A stretch of 64,000 nucleotides of DNA from Chlorokybus atmophyticus (Eukaryota; Plantae; Mesostigma and Chlorokybus algae). The DNA lies in assembly GCA_009103225.1 (NCBI GenBank), contig RHPI01000773.1, positions 148,003 to 212,002 of the forward strand. The letters are read 5' to 3'. Made by a program: the position numbers and the translations under genes. The notes under the pieces are model-generated. The model did no database searches and had not been told where the DNA came from. It was given only the letters and a program-made list of their open reading frames with translations. The first letter of the stretch is position 1. The number at the start of each line of letters is the position of its first letter. Below, piece by piece: positions 37,892-51,400 of the stretch.

Positions 37892-40800
37892 ATGGCTGCG
37901 GCTGTGAGGGGTGCCTGGCTTTCCCCTCTTCCACCTCACCATCGGTATGCCGGTCGAGGGCGAGCTCGGTGTCCAGCGCCCCCGCCGCCGCTGAGGACTG
38001 CTTGTCACACTGGGGGAGACGCCCCTCACTCCTCCTCCTCCTCCTCCTCCTCCGCCTGGCAGGCGGCGGCCCTGCGGAGCGTCAGGACAGCTGTCGCCGC
38101 CGCTGCCGCCGCAGCCACCGTCCTTGTTAGCCCCTTCCCCCAATTGGCCTACGCCAGGCCCAATGCACCTTCCTTCGAGGTCAGCTACACCTGCCTTGCC
38201 ACACAGTAAATACAGTACAGCCCAGTTGTGAGCAATGCGGCCAACTGTGAGTCAAATCTGTAGCCAGTGTTGCTTCTGGCTTGTCTTGCCTGCCAATGTG
38301 GACTTGCGTGGGCAACTTAGCTGATCCAACGTTGGGAGAATACTTGCATGAGCTGGGGTGAATTGTGCTGCATTGCAAAGCAATTGTACAACAGACTGCA
38401 ACGCAACGTTGCAATGTGACCCAAGGCATAAGCCCTATTGCAACAAGTCAGCGACAAGACTGATTGCTATTCAATTGTCATTTCCGAAGAGAGTGAAGGG
38501 CCTGTATTCTTGTGGCTGTGTGACATATTGAGCAAAGGTTTTGTTGCCAAGAAAGCACTTGTATGTTGAAAAGGGGGGNNNNNNNNNNNNNNNNNNNNNN
38601 NNNNNNNNNNNNNNNNNNNNNNNNNNNNNNNNNNNNNNNNNNNNNNNNNNNNNNNNNNNNNNNNNNNNNNNNNNNNNNNNNNNNNNNNNNNNNNNNNNNN
38701 NNNNNNNNNNNNNNNNNNNNNNNNNNNNNNNNNNNNNNNNNNNNNNNNNNNNNNNNNNNNNNNNNNNNNNNNNNNNNNNNNNNGGGGGATGTGAACGTGC
38801 GTGCCTGTGCTCGTCTGTGTGCGTGTGCAAACAGCTGAAGTGTATGTGTTATTATTGTGTGCCCACAGTCAGTGGAGTCGGTGGCGCACATGGCCACGGA
38901 GGCATGGTCGATAGTCCGCGATGTGTACGTGGACCCCACCCTCAACCACCAGGACGCCGACGCCGCCCTGACCACAGCCATAGCTTCTATCCGCTCTGCA
39001 CCAGACACCTCAAAAGCCTTCAAAGATGCCCAAGTAAAAAAATTGCACACAAGTAAACATGAAGAGACTGCGTGCGCGCACACATCACTGCGAGTTGAAA
39101 CGCGTGCTGCCCTTGCAGGATCTACTGAAAACGCTGTCGGACCCGTACACGCGCCTCGTAGCACCGAAAGACTACGACGATTTTCGCGTGTCCAACGCGG
39201 GTGCCCTTGAGGGTGTTGGCATGGTGCTCGCCAACGACCCTAACAGCAACCGCCTGGTAACTGATTGTCGTGCTTGTGCGAGTACAATAACAACAAATAG
39301 TTCAACCAACACGTTACAGGAGCGATAGAACTCTCAATTCAACACGCACACGCAGGTGGTGCTTAACCCCATTGAGGGTGGCCCCGCGGCCCGAGCAGGC
39401 ATCCTTGCCGGAGATGAGATTCTCGGCATTGATGGTGAGTGTCACACGTACACACGCGCACAAGCGGCAATGAGTCACATGCTTGTGTTGGGCAGATATA
39501 CCTGTCGGCGGGTTGAGCAGCGAGGAGGCCGCGAGACGCCTGCGTGGCAGCAGCGGGACCACTGTGAGGTTGACAATCGTCCGCCGCAACCAGGCATGTG
39601 TGGTTGTCTTCGAGTCTCGACGTGACAAGATGTCCACATATTGTGCCACACGCTGACCCCACACTTTCATGTTGTGTCACGCAGGGTGCTGCCTCAGGCT
39701 CCGATGTGCGCGTGACACAGGACCTCCAGATGATCCGTGAGCCAATATCGCTCAGCCCCGTCCTCGCCACCGCCCTTCCTAGCCACGTCGGGTGAGTGGG
39801 CATGTGGGTGTGTGGTTCACAATGTCACGCAACAGCCTCAGTGACTGACTGGCTGAGTTGTGTCACAGGTATGTGAGGCTCAGTTCCTTCACGAAGAACG
39901 CCCCCGAGGAGTTGGCACGCGCCCTGAAGAACATGCGGGAGGCGGGTGCCGACCGCTTTATACTTGACTTACGCAATAACCCGTGAGTGCTTACTTGGCG
40001 TATGTTGTTGGATGTGACCAGCATGTCGTTTCAGCATGCGTTGGTCATGTACAACACACGTCAAGAGAAGGATTTGGCACGCATTGAGGTGGCATGTGTC
40101 ACGCACAAATTGCACACATGTTGCCTTGATGTGACCGATACATCATCTCAAAGCATGTTGGGACTGTGTTGCTCGCCGAGGTGTAATGTAAACATGTTGT
40201 GCTGCGAGCATGCACTTAGGGTGAGTTGACCGAGTTGACTTTTGTGTTGCAGTGGCGGATTGGTGAAGTCTGGTTTGGCGATCGCTTCGCTCTTCCTCCC
40301 CGCGGACGATGTTGTCCTTCACGCCGTCGACCGCGACGGCCACGCCCGAGCCGTCACGGCCGTCCGGTCGGAGAACAACTACGTGCCCATGAGCATGGAC
40401 GGTGCCGCAGCCAACAGGAAGGACTCCCGCAATGCAGTCCATGAAGATGCACCGGTCAGCGAACAACTTGTCGTGCTCGTTAATGGAGGGAGCGCCAGCG
40501 CCAGTGAGATCCTTGCCGCCGCCCTGCAGGTTGGGATGCACTGGCAACCTATTGTGCGTGCGTATATGCGTGTATGTGGGTGTGCAAGGATGTGTGGGTG
40601 TGATTTGCGTGGTGTGTGTGTATAAGTGTATTGGTGTACGTGTTTGCACATTGCCACTGCACAAATGCTTTTTTGTGTGTGCATGTGTGCATGAGCGTGC
40701 GTGTGCACGCGCCGCCCAGTGCTCATATACTGACTTGGGGTTGCTGCATCAGGATCATCACCGTGCAGTTCTGCTAGGTGAGAAAACCTTTGGCAAGGGC

Positions 40801-41046
40801 AAGATCCAGAACATCTTCGAGTTGTCCGACTCCGGGTCGGCATTGTTCGTGACCATCGCAATGTACACATCCCCTGACCACCACCAGATTGACAAGGTGG
40901 GCATTCAACCCAACATAATGTGCACGCCGGAGGCGAAGACCGCCCCAGCAAAGCCACGCTCACCGGACCCGATCTCCATGATCGCATTGCTGGAATCCGA
41001 TGAGTGTGTGCGTGCAGCCGAACACCAGCTCGGTGTCGACTTATAA
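37892..41046 (+). CDS. ctpA: Plastid C-terminal processing peptidase (S41, CtpA family, most similar in motifs to plant CTPA3-type), multi-exon
   Basis: Transit-peptide-like exon 1. DPYTRL, PDZ motif PAARAGILAGDEIL, ILDLRNNP|GG, catalytic GSASASEILA and TFGKG, and C-terminal ESDECVRAAEHQL. Confidence 0.92.
38579..38782. other. Assembly gap in ctpA intron 1
   Basis: Ns flanked by G runs. Confidence 0.99.
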
Positions 41047-44000
41047 GCTCCATTCATGAAGAAGCATATATTCTTCATCTGTACAGAAGATTGAGATTCT
41101 TGTAGCAGTAGCAATAATCGCAGGTACGGGGTTATGTGCATACCTAGATGGTGCCAGGCGCCCTTCCACATTGGAAGCGTGTGGCGACCGCAATCCTGTG
41201 TGTATATGATAGGAATAACACAGCATAGACGCCTGCAGCAGGCCACCCCACCATTCATAATACGAGTGTACATGTGTTTCTTTTACTGAAGTCGCCCTCA
41301 CTCTGCTCTCTCAATGCCAGATGAATATCATGTATGTAAGTGCGAGCAAGACGTAGGGTATGGCATTGCAAGACCAACAGCATGCAAAGCCTTTGATGAG
41401 CACAAGTGCAGAAAGCAGGCCAGCAACGTTTATTCACAGCCAACACCTGCCTCGCGCATATCCTGTACACAACCTAACTATGGGGCTGGGCTATGGGCTA
41501 TGTGCAAATGCTCTTAGCATTGGTAAGCATGACCACGGGTAGAGAAGGCGCCTAGCTCATACTTGGGCAAAGTAGTAGGACGAGGACAACATGCAACAGC
41601 CTGGCAAGTACTGTTGATGCCTTCCCCACGGAACTTCTTCTAATGATGATGAACAGAGGTGATGCACCAAGGTATTGCTTCGCTGCTTGTTGGAGACTGT
41701 GCGAATGCTGATATGTTGGGCTGGTGTTGTTGGCTAGCTTGAGGTGTGAATCAACCCGTTGTTACCTTGAAGATGCTCTCGGCCTTCAAACTTCTTGCAT
41801 TGTTTGCGTTTATCATGCGTGTGTGACGATGTATATGCATTCGAATTGACAAATGCAAAGGCGTGCCGTGCACAGTCACACACATAACACACTCAACAAC
41901 AGAATGTATGACATTGCATGTGCACCATTATGTATGCTTGATTATGTTGGTGAAATGTAACAGGTGTAATAGCTGGGTGGGGAGGGGTGGTTTCTGATCA
42001 TCGCTTTGAAGTTCAAAAGCTAGTTTGGTTGTCCTTAGTCTACAGGTAGTCTCGCTAAGTACTCATGAGTTTTGCACTTGGTAGACTCCAATCTTGACGA
42101 TTTTTAACGGAGTATAAATGTTTTGCGGTCTTGTGATGGCCAGACCCGCCTTGTATACCAACGAGAGCTTGTACACTGAATTCTTGGTAGTTTAGACGAT
42201 TGTTTAAGGATAAGGGGACGTCCACACACGGTTAACATGGATCATGTGCACTGAGTGGCAGTTTGCTTGTGCTTGAGTGTGGTGGCGGCGAAGGCCTTAG
42301 GCGCGGTTTGGACTGAGTGGGTCCGACGTGGCCTAGTCTATTCTTTACTGCTTGCACAGACGGTTGGAGGGTGGTGTGTTGTGTGTGAACGGCCAAAAGC
42401 TTGCACATTAGTATCACTGGGCCCACTACGATTTCACTACGTGCGACAGTGCTTGCGTGTGTGTGCGAGCATTTGTACGCGTGTGTGCATGTGTGTGGCC
42501 TACACACATCGGGTGCAGATGCCTGGGTGTGCATGTGTGCAAATACCCGCGTGTGTGTGTGTGTGTGTGCATGTGCGTGTGTGTGTGCAAGTGTGTGCAT
42601 GCGTTGTGTGTGCTGTCATCTGATATCATCATTGAGCTGAGTGAGCACAACCAACTTGATTGTGCTTGCTATACCTTATGCTTGGCAGGTCAATCTTAAG
42701 CGATATTCAGTGTTCATTAAAGTTGGTAAACTTCAACTTGTCAAACAACCATTGCACCTTGTAAGGGTATATGCCAAGTGGCATCGGTGTAATACATCTT
42801 TGTGATAGGTGAAAGTTTATCACTCATATAACTGATACAAGAAACCGCTAATAAGAGTGATATGTATGAAAGTTTGCACATACCAGGCTGATTGTGTACG
42901 ATGATTGATATTCATGCAAGTCATGTGAATATCATCATACCCATGAGACATATTGTCACGCTTAACAAGCAAGGCCTAGTCACTCCAAGGCTGCTATGCT
43001 GTCAGCATGACTTCACGGTGTGGAGTCTAGCACCTCGGATGCACAGTACGCAAGTGGCTCACTCATACAATTATTCCTTGTGCTCATGCAGTCATATATA
43101 AATGGTACGAATTGTACACTTCACTAATAAGCACTGCTCATCGGTAAAGTGTGCAGTCCTTGTGCTCATGCAGTCATAGACAAGACGAACTGTACACTTC
43201 ACTACTAAGCATGAGCTCAATTGTGAAGTGTACAGTTACTAGCTTTGTGCTGCGGCAGTACAGAGCTAGTCACCGGACATGTCACACAATGCGACATGGA
43301 CTTGAGTGTTTTGACTATATAAGAGTCTATGCTCCCGAGGCACACTTTGTTCACAACGGTTGAGACCTGTGCGGCTAAAAGGTGCCACACCTTCTGGCCG
43401 CATTGCGAACATTGAAGGTCAGCACACGTGACCGAGAGACTACATACTTTAAATAACGTGTGACCAGATGGGAAGGCAACAGAGGGAAGTACTTCAGGCT
43501 TAGCTAGCATGGTGGTGATGACTCGACTTGTTTAGGGTTACCCTTAGCTTTATGGGAACTCTGCCGGGTGCCAACTCGTTGTGTGTATGGGGTGCCAGGC
43601 TTAGCCAAGTTAGCTCTTAAAGGGACCTTCTTTGTCCACATGTGACAGGTTGGTGCTGCGGCGCGGCGGGGAGCAGGGGTCGGTCTGTGACTAAAGGAGG
43701 TCTTGTTGACAACCGCTACAAGCGGATCAAAGCCTCTTTCAACTGGTCAGTCAATTGTGCATTGTGCTTAGCTGTATTGTGCATTGTGCACCTTGTTGTT
43801 GCAAGCGTGCCTTGTGTTATGTTACATTGCCTCATTAGGCACTAACACGCTGTATGTGAAGACACGGTAGTGCCAAACAAAATAAAAACTTTTTTGAAAG
43901 CGATCATTATTCAATAAGTGTTACATCCCAAGGTGGAATGTAAAGGCCGGGAGTACAAGTGGACACAACATATCACCAATGATCATGCAGGTCATATTAC

Positions 44001-44821
44001 ATGATAATGGGAACCAATTCATAACTAGCATGTATTTGACAATTTTCGGGACCATCATATGGTCGAAAAATATATCAGATTAGTTACCACAAGCAACTAA
44101 CACATTATACAGGGGAAATGGAGGGGCCGGGGAAAACAAGTAGACGACGTTCTACTCACAAATATGCAAACGATATAGTGGTTAGCATGTGCCGCGCTGT
44201 ATAATGATTATCAATTGTGATATGATTGTATGACGTATGACCGACGTTATTTGTTAAAACACCAACTTAGAAGATGAAATAGAGGGGCGAGTGGGGTACA
44301 GCCGGACATATCACAATGTTAATGTATGAGACACAGAGCAACAATAAACACCCAACGAGACAATGACCACAAAATTATATGATAATGGATGGTTTACCTG
44401 TTGCGTATGGTGCTAAACATGTATGTACGGTGCATGTGTGATGGCACGATGAAATAACCACATCAATTATCATATGTAGCGCCATTGTTCTTGCCGAGCA
44501 CGACCCAGTTATAATCCTTGCCATTATAGATTATGTATAACTCATGCATAACTTCAATTATGAATGAAATGCATGAAATGCATTGCTAGTCTTGTGTGTA
44601 CAACAACACAATTTCATGGCAAAGGTATCAACATTATTATTATACTTACATTAAATTATCGCACATCGCCATTGTGTATGTACGCAGTATACATAGTATA
44701 TATAATGAGACTGTCCGTACGCGGTGTAGTTGAGATTGCATTAACATGTAGATTGCGTATGCCAGCATCTTTGTCACTCACGCATGCAATGTCAATAATT
44801 AGGCCAAGTACACAACTCGCA

Positions 44822-44823
<2 letters not shown>

Positions 44824-44900
<77 letters not shown>
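44824..44900. repeat. Compound (GT)n(GA)n microsatellite
   Basis: Seen directly in the sequence. Confidence 0.95.
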
Positions 44901-44908
<8 letters not shown>

Positions 44909-45386
44909 TCTGACGAGCATGGCTGGCATGCGCAAAACGGCCTTAGATGCATGCCATCCAACGGCTTGCCTCGCGCGCGCCTCTTCCATGCCCAACAGGC
45001 ATCGAGGACGAGGCACAAAATTCTCTCGGGGCCGCGACACCAGCGCACGCACGTACGAACCCAAACACCCGCGCGTCCCCGGCGACCGCACGTTGATTCT
45101 GTGCTGTCTGACCGTACCTTACGTGCATTATTGCCCCGCGGACATTCCTCTCACGTTATTCTCTCCCCAGAAAGGCAAAGCTTGGACCGGCCAGGCTGGC
45201 TGGCTTTGTGTTTGTTTCAAGGCAGAGGCAGCTACCCTGGCAGGTGTGGCCGGCCTGGCGGCCTGGCCTGGCCTGGCCTGGGCCGGGAGGCCTGGGCCTG
45301 GGCCTGGGCCTGGCCTGGCGGCTACAGCCTGGGAGCAGCAGGAGCAGGAGCAAGGAGGAGGAGGAGGAGGAGGAGGAGGGGCGAGC

Positions 45387-47406
45387 ATGCAAGTCTCTGG
45401 GGACGGGATGTACGTGGCGTCGTCCATGGCGGAAGCAATGGCCTTAGCACAGCAGCAGGCGGACGCACTCCTACCGCTGGTTGTCCAGCACCACCACCAG
45501 GCCAATGAGCAGGGTGGAGGTGGTGGCATGGTCAATGGCATTATGGGCTGCGGGGATGGTGTCGTTGGAGGCAGGAATGCCACCTCAATTGGCATGAATT
45601 CTCACATTCATCGACACCCACACCATCAACGTTTACAAGAACAACACCAACAACCACACCAACACCAGCAGCATCAACAACAGCATCACCACCAACATCC
45701 ACATCATTATCAGCAGCAACACCATCAACAGCAACACGAACAGCAGCATGAGCAAAGGAGCAAGCGGAAGGTGAGGCATGTGGCGCTTGAGATGGACGCC
45801 GCCGCTCACCACAAGTTGATGAAGGTGGTGGCGGAGAAGCACGACGGCTCACTGGAACGCTTTATGGCGGATGCTCTCCAGCATGTTGATCAGTCAGGCG
45901 AAGGAGCTGTACCGTCTCACCTTCACCAACATCACCATCATCCACTTTCTGCTCCTCTGGCTGCTCGTCCTGACAGTGCTTCTTCGCTGTTGCATGATCG
46001 TGAAGCCAACGCTGCACCAGCCTCATCCTCTGCGCCTCCTCCTGAACCCAAGCAGCGCAAGACCAACCAGAAGAAGCCGGCTCTCACCAAATGGAAGCGC
46101 ATCAAGTGAGTTGGTGTGTACGCATGTGTTTAAAGAGTGTCAGCAGCCTTACGTACCAGTTCAACATACAGTTTGCATGAGCAAACCAGTGACAGCGTTC
46201 TGAGCAGTGGAACTGTTAGTGTTGATATAGCAGAAGTGTAGCAGCTTCCACACAGCATGCACTCAAGTCTGTGCCACTGACCATAGCATGCCTACTCTGT
46301 AGGTGGTTTCAAAGCTTGTGTACAACAATGCAGCCAGCATACTTGTTCACTGGCTGCTTGCTTGCATTTGACTGTTTCACATTCCCTGAGCTTACAGCTT
46401 ACAGCTTATGTCTGAATGGCCTCTTCTCATCAACCACCTTCCTGTCGCCTTCTTGTCAAGCTGGCAGCTGACAAGAAGGCAGACAAAAGTGGAAGCTCCA
46501 ACTCACATGTTTATATGTATATGTGTGTGGCGCAGATTCGAGCAGCTGCGTGGGACGGACATGGAGGAGTTGGCGGCAGCGTACAGAGCGCTGGCACGGC
46601 AGGTGCAATCGCAGCAGCAACAGCAGCTGCCACAGCAGCAGTCTCTGCCTGTGTCGGGGAACCTTGCTAGCGTGGCGTGGGAGCAGCTGACCATCCCGCA
46701 GCTGGAGCACATGTTGGAGGAGGTGAAGCGTTTCCTCGGCGTGTTGGAGAGGACACATGACTGTGATGTGGACGGCTGCGGCCGACGCTTCGGCACGCCC
46801 GGAGCGCTGCGCGATCACGCCAACGAGCACACGGGCGAGAGGCCGTACGCGTGCCAACATGAAGGCTGCGGCGAGAACTTCGCCTCAAAAGCACTCCTCT
46901 GCCGACACGTCAAGAAGCACGAGCGCGCTCACATGTGCATGCATCCGGGCTGCAACAAGCGCTTCGCCTTCCGCGAACGATTGCAGGTGTGGGTTTTGGC
47001 AAACAACCCAACATTCTGCTTATATGCCCCTCATGTACGCAATCCAACATTGTGCCCATATGCCTTCCTGCAGTAGTAGCTTCTGCTTGCCAACAGTGGG
47101 GCCACATCTGCACAGGTGCACCAACGCACTCATTGCGATCAAAGGCCTCTCGTGTGTCCATGGGAGGGTTGTGGAAAGACCTTCAAGTGGGCCAACAGTC
47201 TTCACGGCCACTTGCGTACGCACACCGGAGAGAAGCCTTTCCAGTGCAATTTCCAGAACTGCGGTCGATTGTTTGGGTACAAAGTGGACCTCACTCGCCA
47301 CATGCGCACGCATTTTGGCCAACCCGCGAGGGCCACGCCGTCAACCTCCTCATCCGCGCATCACCACCAGACAATGCAGAGCCAGCAGCAACATCAACAA
47401 CAATAA
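45387..47406 (+). CDS. C2H2 zinc-finger transcription factor with five CX4C fingers and Q/H-rich N-terminus (exons about 45387-46106, 46536-46986, 47116-47406)
   Basis: Fingers CDVDGC..H..H, CQHEGC, CMHPGC, CPWEGC and CNFQNC with TGERPY/TGEKPF linkers. The phase-2 splice joins KWKRIK to FEQLRG. The start codon is uncertain. Confidence 0.85.
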
Positions 47407-48481
47407 CAGCAAGGCTCGCAGCTCCCTCAACACCCGCAGCATGCATTGTCTGTGGTGAGCCCCTGATTATTTTCATGCCTCATGACCCCGCGCGCTAGTA
47501 GTCCTCCTCAGCGTTTCCCTGTGTAAAAAGCACCTTCCCCATCGTTCAATAATGGGTTGCGTATAGCTGTGCACCCACCCCCAACATTCATGTTGTCTCT
47601 GTGTATAGCATTAGTGGCAGATTCAGGCGACGATGTACATTCAGTTGCGTTGTGAACTTGTACCAAAACCGCGATACTAGCGTAGTGGTATTTATGTAGT
47701 TAGCTTGTATGTAATGTTAAGGCTACAGCCTGCAGGCTTGTCTATGTGTCATGTGAATCTGGCGTCTGGCTGTGCGTTGCGTATGCGAAGTGACTATGTA
47801 TAAAGTTACGCCGCGGTTCCTGCCAGCAGCACCACCGTTGCAACTGCTCTATTTGTCTGGGTATGGTGGGTGTCCGCTCCCTCTGGACATGTAAGCTTTG
47901 GTTATGATTGTGCCCGCCATTACGAAGTTAGATGTGCGCATACGCTGATGTGCGGGTGGGCATGTGTACTTGCCAGTTCGTTGTATGTTGGTATCAACTG
48001 CATGCCCGGTAGCCAGATTGTGTTGAGCTAACAAGTATGATACAGCCTCTATGTGGTGTGCGCATGGGCGTGCTGATCACAGCAAGCCATGGCGTCTTTG
48101 CAAGGTGCTTCGAGCCGTGCAGAGCGACACTTTGCAGTGCAGTATATAGATAGCAACACTGATTGTCACCGACAACGCCAACTACATGTGACCTCTATCA
48201 TACTACTATACAACCTACTGCGTTACAGTGGTAGGCTGGAAGCCGGCTGCCAAAAAGGGCGGGAGCATGTGTGTGATTATGGGCGGCACGTGTAAGCCAC
48301 CACGTGTTGGTTTGCATGGAGGATGTCCTCCCATGTTGTACCCTGCCACCACGCAGACGCGTCCCAGGCAAAAGAATCATCTACGTATAATGTACTCGCC
48401 CTACTACTGATGTTATGTAAAACTGGAAGGTGTGCAAACTGTCGACATGTCATGTCATGCGCGAGGACACACATAACCACA

Positions 48482-51400
48482 TCAATCCTGCCACGCCCAC
48501 GGCCCACGCGAGGGTTCTTCCCAGTCGCTTCCGCTGCTGTAGCGTTCCAAGCTGGGACCGGCCGAGGGACCGGACCCGCGCGGGGTGCGTGGGGCGAACC
48601 CGTCGCTTGAGTGGCTCTGTCGGGGAGACACCATGCCGGGTTGTTGCGTTGGGTACCCGTACGCGTCCACACCAACGCACCCGCCACCCCCGCCACCCAA
48701 CAAATCCAAGTGAGCACACGCCTGCTGAGCCGCCTGCCGCAGACGCACACGCGCACCCAACGCGGTCACGCCCAACGCGCGAAGGTTGTCGTCGCTCATT
48801 GTCGCAAGCAAGTCCACAGATACATCCTCCTGTACACACACACATGCGCGCGCGCGCGCGCCCACACACATGTGAGCCTCCAGTTGAGACTAGACTTGCA
48901 TACAAAAGGCAGGCACACGCAAAGGCGTGCCAACTTACCCGTGCGAGTGCGTCAAAATGTTGTTCGAGTCCCGCTTGTTGCAGGACGTGCTGCAGATCCG
49001 CGAGCCAGTGCGGGTTGGCCATGTCGTGGTGACGTGGGGCGAGAAGCGATAACGATGCACTATTGGCCGCGGACCGCGGGGATCCTCCCTGCGTGCACAG
49101 CATGGACACGTCAACAACTCAGAGCACATTACCACAACACAACACAACACAGGCTGAATTCACATGTGCATTCTAATTCATGTTGTACAACAGCACACAC
49201 GTATGCCCGCACACGCACGCGCACGCGCACGCGCACGCGCACACGCCCACACCCACACCCACGCCCACGCGCACATACCTGAACAACTCCATAGTGTTGC
49301 CCTTGTGCACGCAACGACAGCCTCCTCTGCCGCACGTAAGGGCTGCCGCTGCCGTCGTCCGAGTGGTTCGGGCTCGGCGTGCCGCTGAACGAACGCTGAA
49401 CGAGCGCCGCACCCGGCTGGACCCCAACCCAACCCACTTGGACACCCGCCTGCATGTCGCGCGCTGCTGCACCCGCCTTTTGAGGTGACAGGACGTAACG
49501 CCCTGTGTGTGTATGTGTTACGACACATGGAACATGCTCAAGGCCAAGTAGACACGCACACACGCACAGACACACACGCACGCGCACGCACACCCACACG
49601 TACATTCGGGCACACGCACATGCACACGCTCACGCTCACGTACACACGCGCGCGCACGCACGCACGCACGCACACACTCTCTCTAAAGCCAAACGTATGT
49701 GTTCTGTACCTGGCGAGCTTGATCTGCTGCTCACACTCGTGCGTGCGCTTCCTGCCAGTTGCTGCGTTGGCTGCCCCGCAGACAGGTGTCTTCGATGCTG
49801 ATGCTGCTGCTGCTGCTGCGGGTACTGCTGGCCACTACCGTTCTGCTGTGCTGTTGGTAATGTGTGCATGTGCCGTTGAGCGGATTCCATCGCGCGCATG
49901 TCGTCGGGGATCATCAAGGCAGAGCCCGCGTCCATGTGACGGTAGTCCTCGTGCATGCGCGGTGCAACCCTCTGTAACACACAACCGCGCACACGCACAC
50001 GCGCACACACACACACACACTGTCAGCCTGACCCAACTGCACCAAATGATTTTGAGCGTATACGCGTCGATTGGTTTCTTTACCGGTGAAGGCGAGTCCA
50101 ACGCACGCTCAAGGTCCTCTTGCATTTGCGCCACTCTCGCAAGCATCTGCACAGTCAAATATGTGTGCGTGCGTGCGTGTGTATGTATGTGTGCAACATC
50201 ACAAAGTCCAAAGCAACATGTGTGTGTGCAACATGTGTGCCTACGTTCGGGTGCATGTGGTCCGCCTCAGGTCGCGCTGCGTTTGTCGGGCTTCGTGACG
50301 TGTGCGCACCCAACATCTCCACGGGGTGTGACCGCCTCGGTGGCGACACGGACCCACCGTTGTTGTTGTGTTGATGTTGGTGTTGTTGTTGTTGGTGGTG
50401 TGCATTGTAAGACGACGCATCATCGAGATGCATCTCAGGCACGTTGCCCCCCTTTTGAATAAACATCCGCTGCATAGACTGTAGCACAAGTGAGTAGTAT
50501 GTTGGGTTGGTCGTCGTAGAGTGGGTTTGTTGCATAATGTGTACGTACTTGTGGTGAGGGTGGGCTTCGGAAGCCCGGACTGCTTCTGTTGGAACCCGAG
50601 TCGTGCGAGTGAGAACGATGCTCGGCTTGTTGGGAAATCGCCACAGTGAGAGAAGAACGCTGCGAGGAAGGGAGCCATGTTGGGTTATGTGGTGTTGTGT
50701 TCTTTGATGCGAGCAAGGGTGGGCGCACTGTATATATGGGCAAAGATGTGTGTCTGCGCGCACGTGTGTGCGTATATGTCTGCACATGAGCGCACATGTC
50801 TGTGCGTACGCGCACGCGCGCACGTGTGTATGCATGTGTACGCATGTGTGTGTGTGTGTGCGCGCGCGCGCATGTGTATGTGTATGCAAGGATGCACACA
50901 CAAAAACGCACGCGTGTGTGCGCACACTCGCATACACGTGTATGTGTGCGTGTTCTCACCTTCTTCTGCGCTTCAGGAGAGCGACTGCCATACTCCATAG
51001 ACGATCGTTCCTTGCGTTGTACATACTTCTGCTCAAACTGTGACGAGGTGGTCCCATCCCCAACTTGGTTGTTGCTCTCGCCGTTAGCAAGACCGCTTAA
51101 CGCTTGCGTGGGGCTCCCAACAGGACTCCTCAACTGCTTTGAGGACACACGATACACTCAATCACCACATGAGCTTTGTTGAGTCGTGTTGTTGGGTTGT
51201 TGGGTTGGGTTGGGTTGTGGTGCAAACACACGTACCGGCTGTGGTGGTGGTGACGCCGTTGTGGTTGATGCTGATGTTGGGTTGTCGGTTTGAGTTGTGT
51301 CTTCTGTGCTGGCAGGCTTTGCACGTGCTTGACTCGATGAGGCGGCGATCGAGCTCGGCGTGATGAGCTCGCATTGAAGACCCACAGTGGCCTGTGTTGG

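Noticed and set aside
43078-43210. Roughly 84-bp imperfect tandem duplication
   Set aside because: Two copies in intergenic DNA with no TIR, TSD or coding signal.
44564-45508. 314-aa ORF and the upstream extension of the 427-aa ORF
   Set aside because: These run through microsatellite and probable 5' UTR/intron sequence in front of the zinc-finger gene.
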